A program made the position numbers and the translations under genes. 64,000 nucleotides of DNA from positions 8,066,771-8,130,770 of the forward strand of contig CAJINV010000004.1 in NCBI GenBank assembly GCA_905178155.1, read 5' to 3'. This document shows, in pieces, positions 1-13,400 of the stretch (within the stretch, counting starts at the first letter, position 1; every line of letters starts with the position of its first letter). Source of the DNA: Amoebophrya sp. A120 (lineage: Eukaryota; Protista; Dinoflagellata). A model generated the notes under the pieces. The model was not told the DNA's origin. It saw only the letters and a program-made list of their open reading frames with translations, and searched no databases.

Positions 1-1429
1 CAAATTTTTCAAGCGGATAGCAATCGCGGATGTTGCAGTGGTAGACACGGAACTATGTACATGCCATGTAAACATTATTTTCGAAATAATCAAGCACGGA
101 TTGCTCGAATCTTACCACGACAAAGCTTCTATTGCAACACTGCTGATAGCCTACTGCTTTTAGAATTTTTTTTTGATTTGAAGCTACCACGAATTTCTTC
201 CCAAAACGCCTAAGAAAAACCACAGCTTCTTACCACACGCCGATAATATTGCTGTACCAAAAAATTTGCAAAAAAAATACAAAAACAAATCTCCGGAAGG
301 GCCACGGCTTTAGATGCGGCCAAATCGTCATATTTCGAGTTCATACAAAGGCTATTTACCTAACACTCTTTTTCGATGTTCCGTAGAAAAATCAGGACAG
401 TGGGAGGCACACTGAAATTTTACAATACTCACTCGAGTGATTTCAGAACAAATCTGAATCTGAGACCACCGCAGATCATAAATGAGAGCGACAGTCTATC
501 GGTTGGGTCGTGAAGAGAGATGGAATGGAAAAGTGTACTCAAGATCCTGCTCCGACATTGCTTAATACGAAATCCATTCCGATTAGCGGAACACGGTCGC
601 AAAATTTCGCAAAGCCAGATCAAAATCATAATCAGCCTACAGTCACTATGAGCTCTGAGTTCAGAATCAAAAAGTAACGCAAATCCTGACACTCTGTGTT
701 TCTTTGAACCAGCCGCGAGACATTCACCCCAACCGAAGCCGCCACAGGAGGAAGTTCATCTGAAATTACCATTTGCGAAGTGACACTTACCAAGAACACA
801 ACAACTTCAAGACATCTTGTAACCGCAAGTGCCTGTTGGACACGACTCTTGTCGACGGAAGTAGGCGTCATAGCTGCTCTATTGTAGACATTGTATACTG
901 ACATAAAGTGCTAAAGTATTTCCTAATTAACCTCTACGTCCGGGTCTGAGTCCTTGTGACAAGATCGCTTAATTAGCCAACTGGTACCTGCACCAATTCA
1001 TTGTTCACTACTTGATTTAGTGTTGCATCCGAAAAAATTCAGGAAGTCTAAGTACATCGTCTTGCAGCCATTAATTCTACGAATTTACGTCAGTCCGTTT
1101 CGATAATTTTTTCATCCAACCGAAGATAGTTCTTGGTAGTTTGTGTTACCGCTACTTTTCACGCTTTTGCGAGGAAAACAGGATTGAAGTGATAGAAGCA
1201 AATAGATTTCTAAAAGAACGCCACTGTGAATACTCAGCACCTAAGTAGTTCAGTACGGAGCCAGCACCAAAATCCTACTGCGTGTATAATTTTGTTTGAA
1301 CAACGAAAGGATCCTGGTAGTGCTCAGTAGAAAGTAACTGTCTGAGCCGTTTTCTTTTTTCGATTTGACCAGTAGAACAAGAGCCGGAAATTTATTTCAG
1401 GTGAACTATCCTGCACAATACAATACACG

Positions 1430-4400
1430 ATGTCAGCTTTCAAGAAGTCATCTCTCCTTCTCGTCGTGGGCGGTTTTTTCAGCGCTCCCAGCTGCATCGA
1501 AGCCGCCTACCTTTCTTCGCGCGAATCCAGTCCGGGTAAGGAAAATTACCACTCGAGGACCTCGGCATATCCTTTGGCCCACAACAAGAATAGCGGGGCG
1601 AGCTCTTCTAGAAGCCGGAGCTCTAGTACTTCTTCGCGAGGAAGTACCCGCCAGGGCGGGGTCGACGTGCCGGGACCGAGCGGAGCTGCAAGCAGCTCAC
1701 AACATTCTTGCGCTGGGGCTGTTCCGCCGCCGTTCGTGTTTGCGCCAGGAATGAACCATGGGGGACAAGAAGAGCAAAATCTTAATCAACAGGGTGGTGC
1801 GGCACCACTACAGCCAGAAGAATTATTGCACACGATCGCTCCAGTCGTATTCGCGGCTGGGTAAATCTTCCATTTTGCTGGTTTTAAGGTCGTCTTGCTT
1901 CTTGTCCCGACCACCCCCAGAGCGGTGGTCGTGAAACAACTTCGTTCTTTTATTTCGTTTTGCTGTCGAGGTGGACCTTTGTGTGAGGTCCACCCAAATC
2001 AAGAATTCGGTCGTGATTAGCAAGACAAATACATGTTAGATTCCGAAAGCCCCAGATTTACCGCAGATCAAAAACAGCATTACAAATTGGCCAAAGGATC
2101 AACCTGAAGATCAAAGCACCAGCACGATCAAAGGTTCCGGAAATCCCTTCGTCATAAATTGTAGTACTGATTTAGCTCGTACAAGAACCGTAGACCACAC
2201 TGCCGCTCACTAAATGGTGAGCGCGATCACAAAAGGGAAAGAGGAGAAGAAGCATCATCACCAAATGGTCGAAATATGCATGACAGATTGCTGTCGGGCA
2301 TTTCCGAGCAGAACGGCCGCCAGCATTACAAATTCATGCTTTGTTTGTCAACCTTCACTGCAGATGCATTAGCTTCTCCACGGGAAACTATTAGGGCTTG
2401 TATGCTTTTCAGCATTACAAATTATTTACGCTTACCTCTAAACACCCTAATACGGGCACAAACGGCATAGCTTATTTTGGAAGGCAAAGGAACACCTAAA
2501 CTACACACGAGAAGCACCGGAGTGCATTACAAACTGAATACTATTCTGATTCCTAGTAGTGTTCAGAATCTTCTTGAGTTTTCTTTTGCGTCTCTCGTCT
2601 TTGGAGTCGTTGGGAAACCTACGCGTGAAAGAAACCAATCGTCAAAATCAGGTGGAGTCACAAGTGGTGGACCCGAGCGGCAACGAAGCCAGAGCGTTTT
2701 TATTTTTATTTGGGTAAATAATAGATACGCACGGCCTTGCTGCATAAAGTTAACTTTTACTACGAGTTTCTATTTTATCTATTTCTTTCTATTTCTTTCC
2801 CGTGGGGAATTTGCATTTCAAATTATCACTTACTACTAATTTTTCTGAGGTTTCTATTTTGTTTTGCAACTGCATCTTGAGAATTTTACGGAAACGGACT
2901 TTACGGGCTACATTTTGGTTTGGTAACAAGCAGAAGTGAATCTAGGTTCAAACAAAAAATGGCGAATAAAATCTTCAATGTCCGCGGCCGGAAATACAAG
3001 CGGCCTAGCAATCTGACGCGGCAAAACCTGGACAGCCTGCATCACTCGGAAACGGATCCGGTGACGGGTGTCGGCGCCTCCCGCATGCATTCGGTTGGAA
3101 CGGCTTCAACCATCTCGCACATGCAATTACACCGCACGCCGGTGCGGGTTCTGGATGAGGATGGCCTCCCGGCAACGTCAAAATACCCGTCCAAGGAGGA
3201 TGCCGGGTCGAGTTGTTTGCCACTGTGTTTTGCGGGTTTGCAGAAGGTCGGCGTTTGCGTCTGGAAAGGACTGCGATTTGCTGTTTTACGGGCGAAAACC
3301 ACTGCCAGCCAGCAGTGGGGCAAGAGCAGTAGTCACACTGGAAGCGCAGACGACATTCCGAAAAAAGGCAGCGTCCACAGCTATGCAACAAGCCGGAAAG
3401 CGTTCGGGGCAGCGGGGTTACGACAGATGGTTACTCGCCCGCGGCGCGGCTCCGGAAGAATGGTTTCAAGCGGTTTGGCGAGGCGCAGCGATGTGGCGTC
3501 TTCTTGTGCGGAAACCGACCGCACGACCAAGACCGGGATCTTCGGCAAGAAAAAAACAGTATCTGGGAAAGGACTGAAAAGCAAGACCACTACTGCAGAG
3601 GCGCCGAAGGATGGAGACGGCGACGGAGCCGCCCCGGCAGTGGCTTCCCCGAGTCTCAGCAGCGTCGTGGGCCGTGTTCTGGCGGTCGGCTCTCATGGTT
3701 TTACCATTGAGACCGCCGCCAGGAATGCAAGCGGAGGCATTACGGTCAAGGGCGTCGACAAGGCGGGCGCTTTGCCGGCCTCCCCTTTCGAAGTGTACAA
3801 GCTGGGCCGAGCGATTCGAAAGGAAGCCGCGAAACACTTCACAACCCCGGCGGGATTTGTGTGCGCCGTCAAACTCTCGAGCGGGTCGATCCGGTTTGAA
3901 TTGGATATCTCCCCACGCGCTCCAGCACGGGCGGACGGCGTTCGAAGCAACTACAAACAAGACGTTTTTCCACCAGTAAAGCGCGAGGACGGACAGATTT
4001 TAGTGCTGGAAGGGTCTTCCGATGCAATAGTTTTCGAGGAGTGCCGCCTGGTTTTGGATTGGATGGAGACTATCGGGGGGGAATTCCACAGAGGGTTCAA
4101 ACAACTCGAACTCCAAGCAAAGGCAAACACCAGTGCGCGGCGCATTTTGCGGACACTTCGAGAACGGGCGCACGGAGAGGCGATGGAGGAAGACGAAGCA
4201 TGGCGGGCTCTTATCCTCGAATTCGGTTACCGGTGCCGCGTGGCCACAAACTTAACGCCAGCGCGGGTCAAGGTTTTCGAGAAGAAGCGCATGCAGGTCG
4301 TGCACAAGTCGAATCTCACCGATTTTGCCGCTACGCTGGAAGAACGTTTTAGCGGGTTTATGGATTTCCGCAGCAGGGAGGGGGACAAGGTTTACAGCCT

Positions 4401-7400
4401 GGACGACAAAGCCGGGACTGAGGATTTCCTAGTTGCGTTCCACCGTCGCCTCACTGCACCTTCGAAACTCGGACCGGAGTTATCAGCTGGCATTCCGGAG
4501 AAGCAGCTGACAAAAATCAAATTTGAGTTGGAAAGAATGCGCGACCCGGAGGCCCCGCATCTCTCTCTCCAACCCCACAACACGACGACGCGGGATTATC
4601 TCAACGCCATGACATCGGTGGCAACAATGGCTCTGAACCAGGCGCAGGATCAAGAAGCTTGGGGTGGGGGTCTAGCTTGCATCGATGTCGACGACCCGGA
4701 GGGCAATGCTTTGATGCCGTTGGGGGGGCCAAGTCTTCAGGGGCGAACGGTCAACATGGCTTGCGGTCTGAAACATTCCGTCAGATACCATGATGAGACG
4801 GACGTGGATACCGCTTATGCGCGAATTTGTTTTGCAAAACAGCTCCAGTTCACCACGTGCAAACTCTGCTCCGACTTGAATGGGAAACAGGTAACGCATG
4901 CGGTTTGCGATCCGTTTCAGAAGCTAACCGGAAAGAGTTTGTGCCCGACAGAACGAGCAGTAGCGAGCGGCCTCACTTTGGAAAAACTGGCACAACTTCC
5001 GGCGGGTTACTGTTCCCGCGCTCTTTGTACTACGCCGGGCGCGACTTCGAGAATTGTGGAAGAACATTTTCTCACCCCGGGATGGGAAGAAAAGCAGCGT
5101 AAGGAGTACGAAGGGCTAACGGTGGAACAGAAGAAAACTTGGCGGCCGAAGTTGAACGACTGGAAGGAACTGAACAAACGCGGAATTTATTCCCACAGTG
5201 CGCCGCAGCGGAACAACAAGAAACAAGGCAAAGGCGGGGGCAAGGGAAGTTTGCACTCGTTGGACGCAAAGGAGCCGGGCAGCACCAGTACGGGCGGCAT
5301 GACCCCGGAAGAACAAGAGTTGATGGAGATGGTGATGGATTGCGACAAACGATTGACGGCGGCCGAAGTCCACCATCCTCCGCCCGAGCCTCGGAACGGT
5401 TTCGCGGGTGTCATCTATATGGATTTTAAAGAGGATGGTCTTCTTAAGGGGTGGCACGAGTCGGATTTTGTCAATTTCTGTGCGAAGACCCGCTATTTTG
5501 AGCTTCGGGAGGACGATTCGGAGTTGTATAACGGAATTGCGATTCGGTTTGTGGATCCGGAAGCAACTGATGATGAATGGATGGGGTTAGGAAAGGTCGA
5601 CGCAGGGCTTGGCCGATCCCCAAACAGAGTCTTCGTCAAGGTGTTCGTCGGAGATGAAACTATTCTGGCGCACTTGGATACCGGAAATACAGTTGACCGA
5701 GCGGGCACCACCTCCAGGGGGGGGGACAATTGCGCCATGAGTTTGGCAGTGGCACAAGAATTGGGTCTCGAAATCCGGAATACTGGGCGCAAACAGTTTA
5801 TCACGGAGGGCACTCGAGAAACAGTTCATGACGCTCGGTATGTTTCTCTCGAGTTCAGGCTCGAGAACAGCAAGGGGGAAAGATCCGGTCTTTTGAAGAA
5901 GGACTTTCTCGTATTGGACAACCTCACCGACGGAGTGAACATTGGATATACTACCCTGCGCGGCCTCGGTGTTTTCGTGTCGGACGAGGAAGAAGGGCTG
6001 GATGCGAATTTGGCGCATTATGTTCTGCTTTCCGACCCGAAAAGGGAGTTGCTGGACCAAGCGACCTCCTACGATGCTGCTACACTTTTCGGGCAAAACT
6101 GGGGTCGGGGGCCGCAGTGGTTCTGCGTGCCGATCGTGAACAGCAAAACGGGATCTGGGTACAGCCTAAAACGGCTCGACGCGGAGTCGGAGATCATCCT
6201 GCAAGCCGGGGATACGGTCCGGGTGGATCTTACCGAGTGGGCTGCAGATCGTATTAAAAATGGAACGTCTGTGCTGGATCTGTCTCCGATGGGCAGGGCG
6301 AAGAAAATAGAAACTACGTTGCCAATCGTGCTGCACAGCTCGCAGTTTGATACCGTGCAGGAAGACGATAGATTGGTGGTGCAAATCACTAATCCCAATG
6401 TTATGGGGAGGGCGCTGGTTCCTAGTGATTTGTTTTGTCTCAAGCATGTCGACCTGAAGTTGGCTCCTGTTCCCGGTCTACCCGCAAATAAGTCGTTTGA
6501 AGTCGGAGAAGGATTTTTTGGCGAAGATGATGACGACGATGTGGAAGGGCGGGCTGAGGATGAAGAGGAATGCGCTTTCGGGACATTGAAGGGTCGAACA
6601 GCGAAGAAGACTGCTAGTGGGCCTCTACAGTCGGTAGGAAGATTTGTTGGAAAATTAGCAGTCGCAGCAGCAGCGGGACTAGCAGTCGGGTGGCAAGGAT
6701 TTTCGGTTCCGCATTTTGCGGCGCCGACAGTGTCAGAACCGGATCTGCATGATGAAAATGCTTTGTCGGCTTCGGAGATGACAAAACTAGTTTCGGACGA
6801 AATCAACACCCGATGCGAAAGGGCAGCCGAAGATCAAGAAGATGAAAGCTGCATGGTGTTGCGCGATTTTTCGGTTACCCCGGCCTGGTGCTGGGACGTC
6901 CCGGCGATGCCTGAAGGAACAGGAGAAAAACGCAACTTCAAGGATTGGAAGGAGTTTATCGAAACAAAAGGACCCGACACTGCGCTCAAGCTACTGAAAA
7001 ACTTGGATTGCGATTGGAGCCAGTGGCATAAGCTTGCGGACTACCTTCGGGCCTGGCGGCAGGAACACGGCGAACACCTGCGGGGACGATTGACAAGGCA
7101 GGTCCGACGAGCCCGATCAGCGGTATTAGGGAAACAAGGTCTTGACAGCCCGGAGGCACAAAGACGGCAGTACCTAAAAACAGTTTTTGGATCGAATTGG
7201 AAAGAGCGGGCGGTGGAGGATGGAAAAGAATCTTTTCCATTTGCGGACCTGGCTACAGCTCTACCGACGGATGGGAGTTTGGACCACCTCCCACCGCTAC
7301 TGCAAATTTTGGAGGCCACTCGGTTGGGTTTGCATTCCGAGTGCGAAAAGGTTCAGGAAGCTGCAGTTCGATTTTTCGATGCGTGGAAAATAACTCGCTC

Positions 7401-10400
7401 CGGCGGAGGAAACGAAGAGGATGCTACTACAGATTTTACTAGAGTTAGCTCGGGGGGCAGTGGTAGTAGCTTTCGCTTGGGCAAAATCGACGAAGACGAA
7501 TACGCAGTACTGATGAAGGAAATTGAGGAAAAGACGAAGAAGCTGGAGAAGGCAGGAGGACTACTAGCTGCGGACTCCGAGGAATGGAAGGAGCAGGTGC
7601 GGAATTACTGGACGGAACATCGAGAACGACTTGCGGGTGGGTTGTCAGATGAGGAGTTTGAAAATTTTCGGGACGAAGTCATCGTTCCTCATGCCGCGCA
7701 GTTTCACGATACCGGGCGCGAGTATCCGGAGCTCGACATCAAAATCCCTATTCCTGACCACAAGTCGGTCGATAATTCCACAGCACCAAGACCATTCCAG
7801 CTGGGGCCGCTCGACAGAATCCGGATGGAGTTTAATCTTCGAGAGGCAGTTGCGGAGGGCAAGTTGATTAAATTCAATCCCGAAGTGCATGACTTCCCGT
7901 TGATGCTCAGTCCTGCGTTTCTTGCAGTGCGCAAGGGACACGCAGCAAAAAGAATTGTTGTTGATTATAGGAAATGCAATTCTTTGGTCACCAACATCTT
8001 CTACGAGATGCCGCAAACGGACCAAATTTTTTCGAAGCTTTTGCGGCGGGGTTCTCGTCTCTTTTCGGCGATCGATTTAGCGCTTGGCTATAATCAGCTT
8101 TCTTTGCCTGAGGAACTACAGAGATGGTTGGCGTGGACGACCGGCGAGGGAATTTATTTCCCACAGAGAATGCCTTTGGGACCCGTTTGGGCACCTTGCG
8201 TGTTTCAAGCTTGGACGCGGTCAACCTTTGAACCCATTCCCTGCCCGGAGACAGGGGAGGAGTTTATCAATGTCTACATCGACGACCTTTGTTACGAGTC
8301 GGCTTCGTATGCAGAGTTGAAGGCGAGGTCGCTGGCATTGTTGGAACAATGTAAGAAGACGGGTTTTGCGTTGAGCCTGCGGAAGAGCTGTTTTGGGTGC
8401 AAGTCTTTGGAGATTCTAGGCTACGAATTTTCGGAAGAAGGACGGAAGCCAACGAAGAAACGCTGCGACCAGTTACGGAACTGGCCAACACCGAAGTCAC
8501 GCGCGGAGCTGTTGTCGGCGGTTGCTTTTGCGAATTTCAGTCGTGAATACATACCGGACTTCACGGAAATCTGTCATCCGCTCCGCCCCTACCTTCGTCA
8601 GAAATCGGACTTCAAGAAATTCCAAGGCGACCCAGCAGCAATGGATGCGTTTAAACGGTTGCGCACCTCCCTCCGGTCGGACGTTCCTTTGAGGGCTTTA
8701 GACCTTGCGGCGGGACAGAATTGGCGCACTACCGGGCGGCCAATTTGTGTTTTGCTCGACGCAAGCATTTATGGAAGGGGTTTTGTCATCGCTCAGCCAG
8801 AGAAGAAGTTCGGGCCCCTGCGTCCGATAATGGCTAAGTCGAGGAGTTTTGCAGCTGGCGATGCGAATTTGGGAACTTTTGAACGCGAGTTGGCGGGGGT
8901 CAAGATGTTCTGTGATTTTGGGTTGAACCTTGTGGAGGGCAGCGAAATTTTCCTACTTTTCGATCACAAGAACTTGGGGGAATCGGAGCTGGAAGAGATT
9001 GCAAGATCACAGGTGAAGTCAGCCAAGGTCCAGCGCTGGGTCGAAGGTATGCTTCCGAAATTGCGATCTCCATTGATTCACCGGGTGCACATTAGTGGCG
9101 AATGCAATATTTTGGCGGATATCGTTTCCAGATTCCCAGCAGAGGGCAAAGACCGCGAAGGAGTGCGGGCCGACCTACAGCGGGTATTAGGTCAGATGCC
9201 GAATGGGGTTCGGGATTGTATCAGATGGCTATTTGGGTCGAAGAAGGACGAAGACCCGAGCGTGGGTCAAGGAGAAATGCAGCCTCTCGGGGTGGCAGAA
9301 CAAAGCCAAGTGCTGCACGTTTCTGCAACTGCCGATGGGAACAAGAAGAAAATAGTAGTGCTTCAGAATGGGAATCGGGTGGAGTACTCTTGGGGGCCGA
9401 GGAAGTTATATCGCAACTTCGACGAGGCAAAAGAAGCTGCGATCAAGGGGCTGCCGGACCGGTTCCGCTCAGATTTATCCCATTCCAACCATCCGAAGGA
9501 ATTTATCGCTCACGATTTGGAAGCAATAGCGAAGCCGCTGCGGGATTTGCAATGCACTGATGGGGTGCAGGAGGTTAAGCTATTCAAAGCGCAGTGGAAT
9601 CCCGGTCGAGAAACAGTTGAGTCGCCACTACTAATTTGTCCGAAACACACCGGGGAAGCACTTCTACGGGCGCCAGGTAGGCGGTGCAAGTGCAATTGTG
9701 GCGTGGCCCCGGTGCGACAGCGGATTATCCAGGATCCGGGTGATGGTTTGCGGTTTTGCCTCCCCATCAAGGACCAAGAGGATTTAATAGTTGCGGAAAC
9801 GGAAGAACTTTTGAAGAAACGGAACACCAGGCAGCGGAGTACTCGCCTGGCCGAATTAGTAGAGCAGTTTGACGCGCTTCAGGAGCAGCGGAATCAGGCT
9901 GGCCTCCTACCGATTTTACAGGAACAAGCGGAGCAGGCCGCTCCCCCTTTGGAAATTTCGCAAAACGGTTTGTCGTCGTCATCTGCTGTTGCACCACTGC
10001 AAATTCACGAAAATGTAGCTGATGTCAACAAGGACGATTTGCATGACAAACAGGATGCTCATGCGAATTGTGATGAAGGGAATAGTGTTAATTTCAGTAA
10101 TTCGGACGTCGAAGAGGAGGATGGGAAGAATTTGCAGGGGGGCAACAGGGATGAAAACGTAGAGCCGTTGCTGGCGATTGCGAATTTTCCTGCAAATCTA
10201 CCTCCGGAACAGGTGGCAGACGAAGACGCAGATTTGGATCCAGCACCGGAAGAAGCCGATCCAGAAGCTATTTGGGTAAATGCTATCTTCAAGAAGGCCC
10301 AGGGAATTTTTCTTCACGATGGACCTACTGTTTTTCGGCTGCAAAGCCTGTACCGGCCGGGGGCGGTTCCGACAAAGGCGACTCCGATTACGGATTTGGA

Positions 10401-13400
10401 GCCGTTAGATGGTGTTTTACTTCTCTGCCAGCACTGCTACGGCGAAACGGTTCCGGAATTTGTGGAAGTAGTGCGACCTCCTCAAGCGTACTACAAGATC
10501 CAGGAGCAGTGGAACTACAAGAAATTCATTTTCTCTGCTCCGTCGAAGGTTTCGGCAGGAACAGGAGCAGGGTTGGGGGCAGTAGGGTCGCAGTTGCCGC
10601 TGCGACGATTTTGGAAAAGCGGATACAAGGGAATGCTGGCTTTTGGCGCACAAGCTCCGCCCCCTGGAGTGGACGAAGAAACGGCAGTTCCGGTGGACGT
10701 TACCAAAGAAAGAATTGCGCAAATGCAGCAAAAGGCCTGGCCAGAACATTTTTGGGTCCTGGACAATGTGGGCCGGTTTTCGTTGGAAGAACTACTTCAA
10801 CGCGCGGCGCGTCGTTGGGGTGTGAAACGGGCAAAGACTGCTATCGACGATGTGAAGCAGAGGCAGTTTTGTCGAGATGCAGACGATGTTCTGATCCGGT
10901 TAGATCGCGACCACGTTTTTAGGGTGGTGGTTCCATCGGGGGAATTTGTGGATGGGGTTGCTGGGTTCGAAGAAGAAGAGCTGACGCACCTGTTTCCCTC
11001 GGGTTCGATTTCGCTTCGCGAATACTTGATCTGGGCCATCCACCGTTCGGCCGTGGGGGCTGCTCACGCGGGTGAGTATGCAACTTTTGTTGAGATTTTG
11101 CGGTGCGGATTCTTGTGGAACAACATGCGGAAAGATGTTGCGGCCTTCATCGCAAGATGCCCGGCGTGCAACACCAACGTGCGGGAACAGCAGTTGATCT
11201 CATCGCGGGCGGAGGTGCTGGAATATGGACAGTTCTTGGATTGCATCATGTTCGATTATGCCGGACCTTACAAAACCACTACTGGCACTGAACAAAAATA
11301 CATCTTCACGGCTTGCGATGTCTTCAGTGGTTATAACTGGATATTCAGCACAGAAAACAAAACCGTCGAGAAAGCGATCGAGTGTTTGGAGAAAATTTTC
11401 AAGCGCTTTGGAGCGCCGAGGAAATTGCGAGCCGACAACGGGTTCGAGCATTTCAAAAACAAGGGCTATGGCAAGCTTCGGGCGTGGATGCGTCGCAACT
11501 TCCCGGCCGTGAAGTTTGTGCCAGGGACCAGCTATCACCCGGCGGGCCATCATGCGGCTGAGTATGTTCACAAATTCTGCACCCACTTCTTCAGAACGTC
11601 CCCAGGCCCGGGCACGCAGTTGGAGTGGTCTGACAGGGTTGAAGATCTCGATCTGGCGCTGAACCGAATGCCGCTCGAAGGAAGGAATGGTCGATCCGCA
11701 TTAGACGTTTTGGGGTTTGAGGTTCGGGGGCAGTTGTTTCCACAATTACGAGCTGCCGTGCCAGAACCCAGTAGGGCTGTTGAGCTATCAATCGGTGATG
11801 CGTTGGACCAGGTCGAACGGAAACGACGGGAACTGGCGGTCGACTGCCTCGAGGATAAGGCTTTGGCGGCGGAACGTACTCGAAAGAAACTGATCGCAAA
11901 GAGGGGTAGCCGGTTTCCTGATGTCATTGTGGGGGATCTAGTTCAGGTGGAGTTGCCACCGGCTCAGGTTCGTGGGAAGCAAGAGCTCGCTGGGGTTTAC
12001 GGAAAGCCGATCTACGAGGTGACTGGAGTTTTAGACCGTGCAGTATACCTGGCTGACCGCAATGGCTCGGCCGATATCCCGATGAAGAATCCAGTCAGCT
12101 TGGACAGAGTGACCGTGATTGGAAATATCGCCGAATACCGAAGGGACGACTACGCTTTCAAAGCTCGGAACGGATGCGGCTGGGTTCGGATTATTTGCGT
12201 TTGGAGGGATTCCGCCACTGTCACACTAGCAGAAGCGGCTCCCATGGAAGTCCGCTACCGGAAGTGGTTTTTAGACAATGAAGTCATACCGATATCCAGC
12301 ATGCCAGCGCAATAGGCGTCCTGGTGTAAAGCGGGGGCATTTGGGTAAATTCAAAAATTGTGCTTTACCCCAGCCCGCCCGACTACATGACACTTGTAAG
12401 ATGAAGACGTTAGATTTAGAACCACCGATGCTGGTACGCACCTACTCACCGCGCTTTCTAAGATTTATTTGGTTTTGGTTTGCACAGCACTGAAAATCGT
12501 ACTTCATATCTCGGGTCTTCGCTATCGTTTACATCGTTGGGAAGACAAGTCGTTTCTAGCATTACAAATTGGGGAAATCGTTTTTGGAAAAAGGTCGTAA
12601 TTACTATCGTGCTACGGACATCGTTTTATCGTGGGGCTAAAGTCGTGAACTAGGGGGGCTGGGCCGAAGAGGATTTTCTTGGCTCAAGTCTCTCTTGCAG
12701 TTTCGACCAGGGTCACTCATAGTTTTGGAAATTTAAAGACGTTCATTTATTTCTGGTTTCGCATGGTAGTTCTATATTGTATGATGATAGTCAGCTAAGG
12801 TTTTGAAAACATTATTTGTTGGTTTGTAATGCGGGTTTCGTCAGGATTCCCGGACTTTCGGCAAAAGTCCTGGGATCTTGATTCCTCAGGACGAGAAACC
12901 GCTTTTCTAGAATAGGAGGAAGGGGGAAAACTTGTTTCTCTTCCCCCCGTTCTCCACTTTCTACATGTATGATGGATTTGTGTACTCTCTCTTCCTGGGA
13001 TTCCAGCTATTTAGGTTTTATTTTATTCTCTTGTATGATTTTCAAACCATGATCTGGGTGAAGTTTCTACTAAGACCGATGGCGCTACAAAGATAGGGAG
13101 GTTATTAGTTTAACGGAGCAGTAGCCGGATACAGAGTGGGACAAAAGCAAGGACAAAGGGTTTTCGATGGGAGTCTTCGTATTCGATTGTGCGCCACTAC
13201 CGGGAGCCAATCGTTTATTTGGGTAAATCTTCCATTTTGCTGGTTTTAAGGTCGTCTTGCTTCTTGTCCCGACCACCCCCAGAGCGGTGGTCGTGAAACA
13301 ACTTCGTTCTTTTATTTCGTTTTGCTGTCGAGGTGGACCTTTGTGTGAGGTCCACCCAAATCAAGAATTCGGTCGTGATTAGCAAGACAAATACATGTTA

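Noticed and set aside
3005-11927. Numerous antisense or overlapping ORFs inside the polyprotein, e.g. 6069-6809
   Set aside because: Shadow ORFs of a GC-rich coding region, with no motifs and no env-like second gene evident.
12663-12688. TTGGCTCAAG resembles the 3' end of the dinoflagellate spliced leader
   Set aside because: Only a 10-nt exact match, plausible by chance in 64 kb; no SL-RNA context follows.
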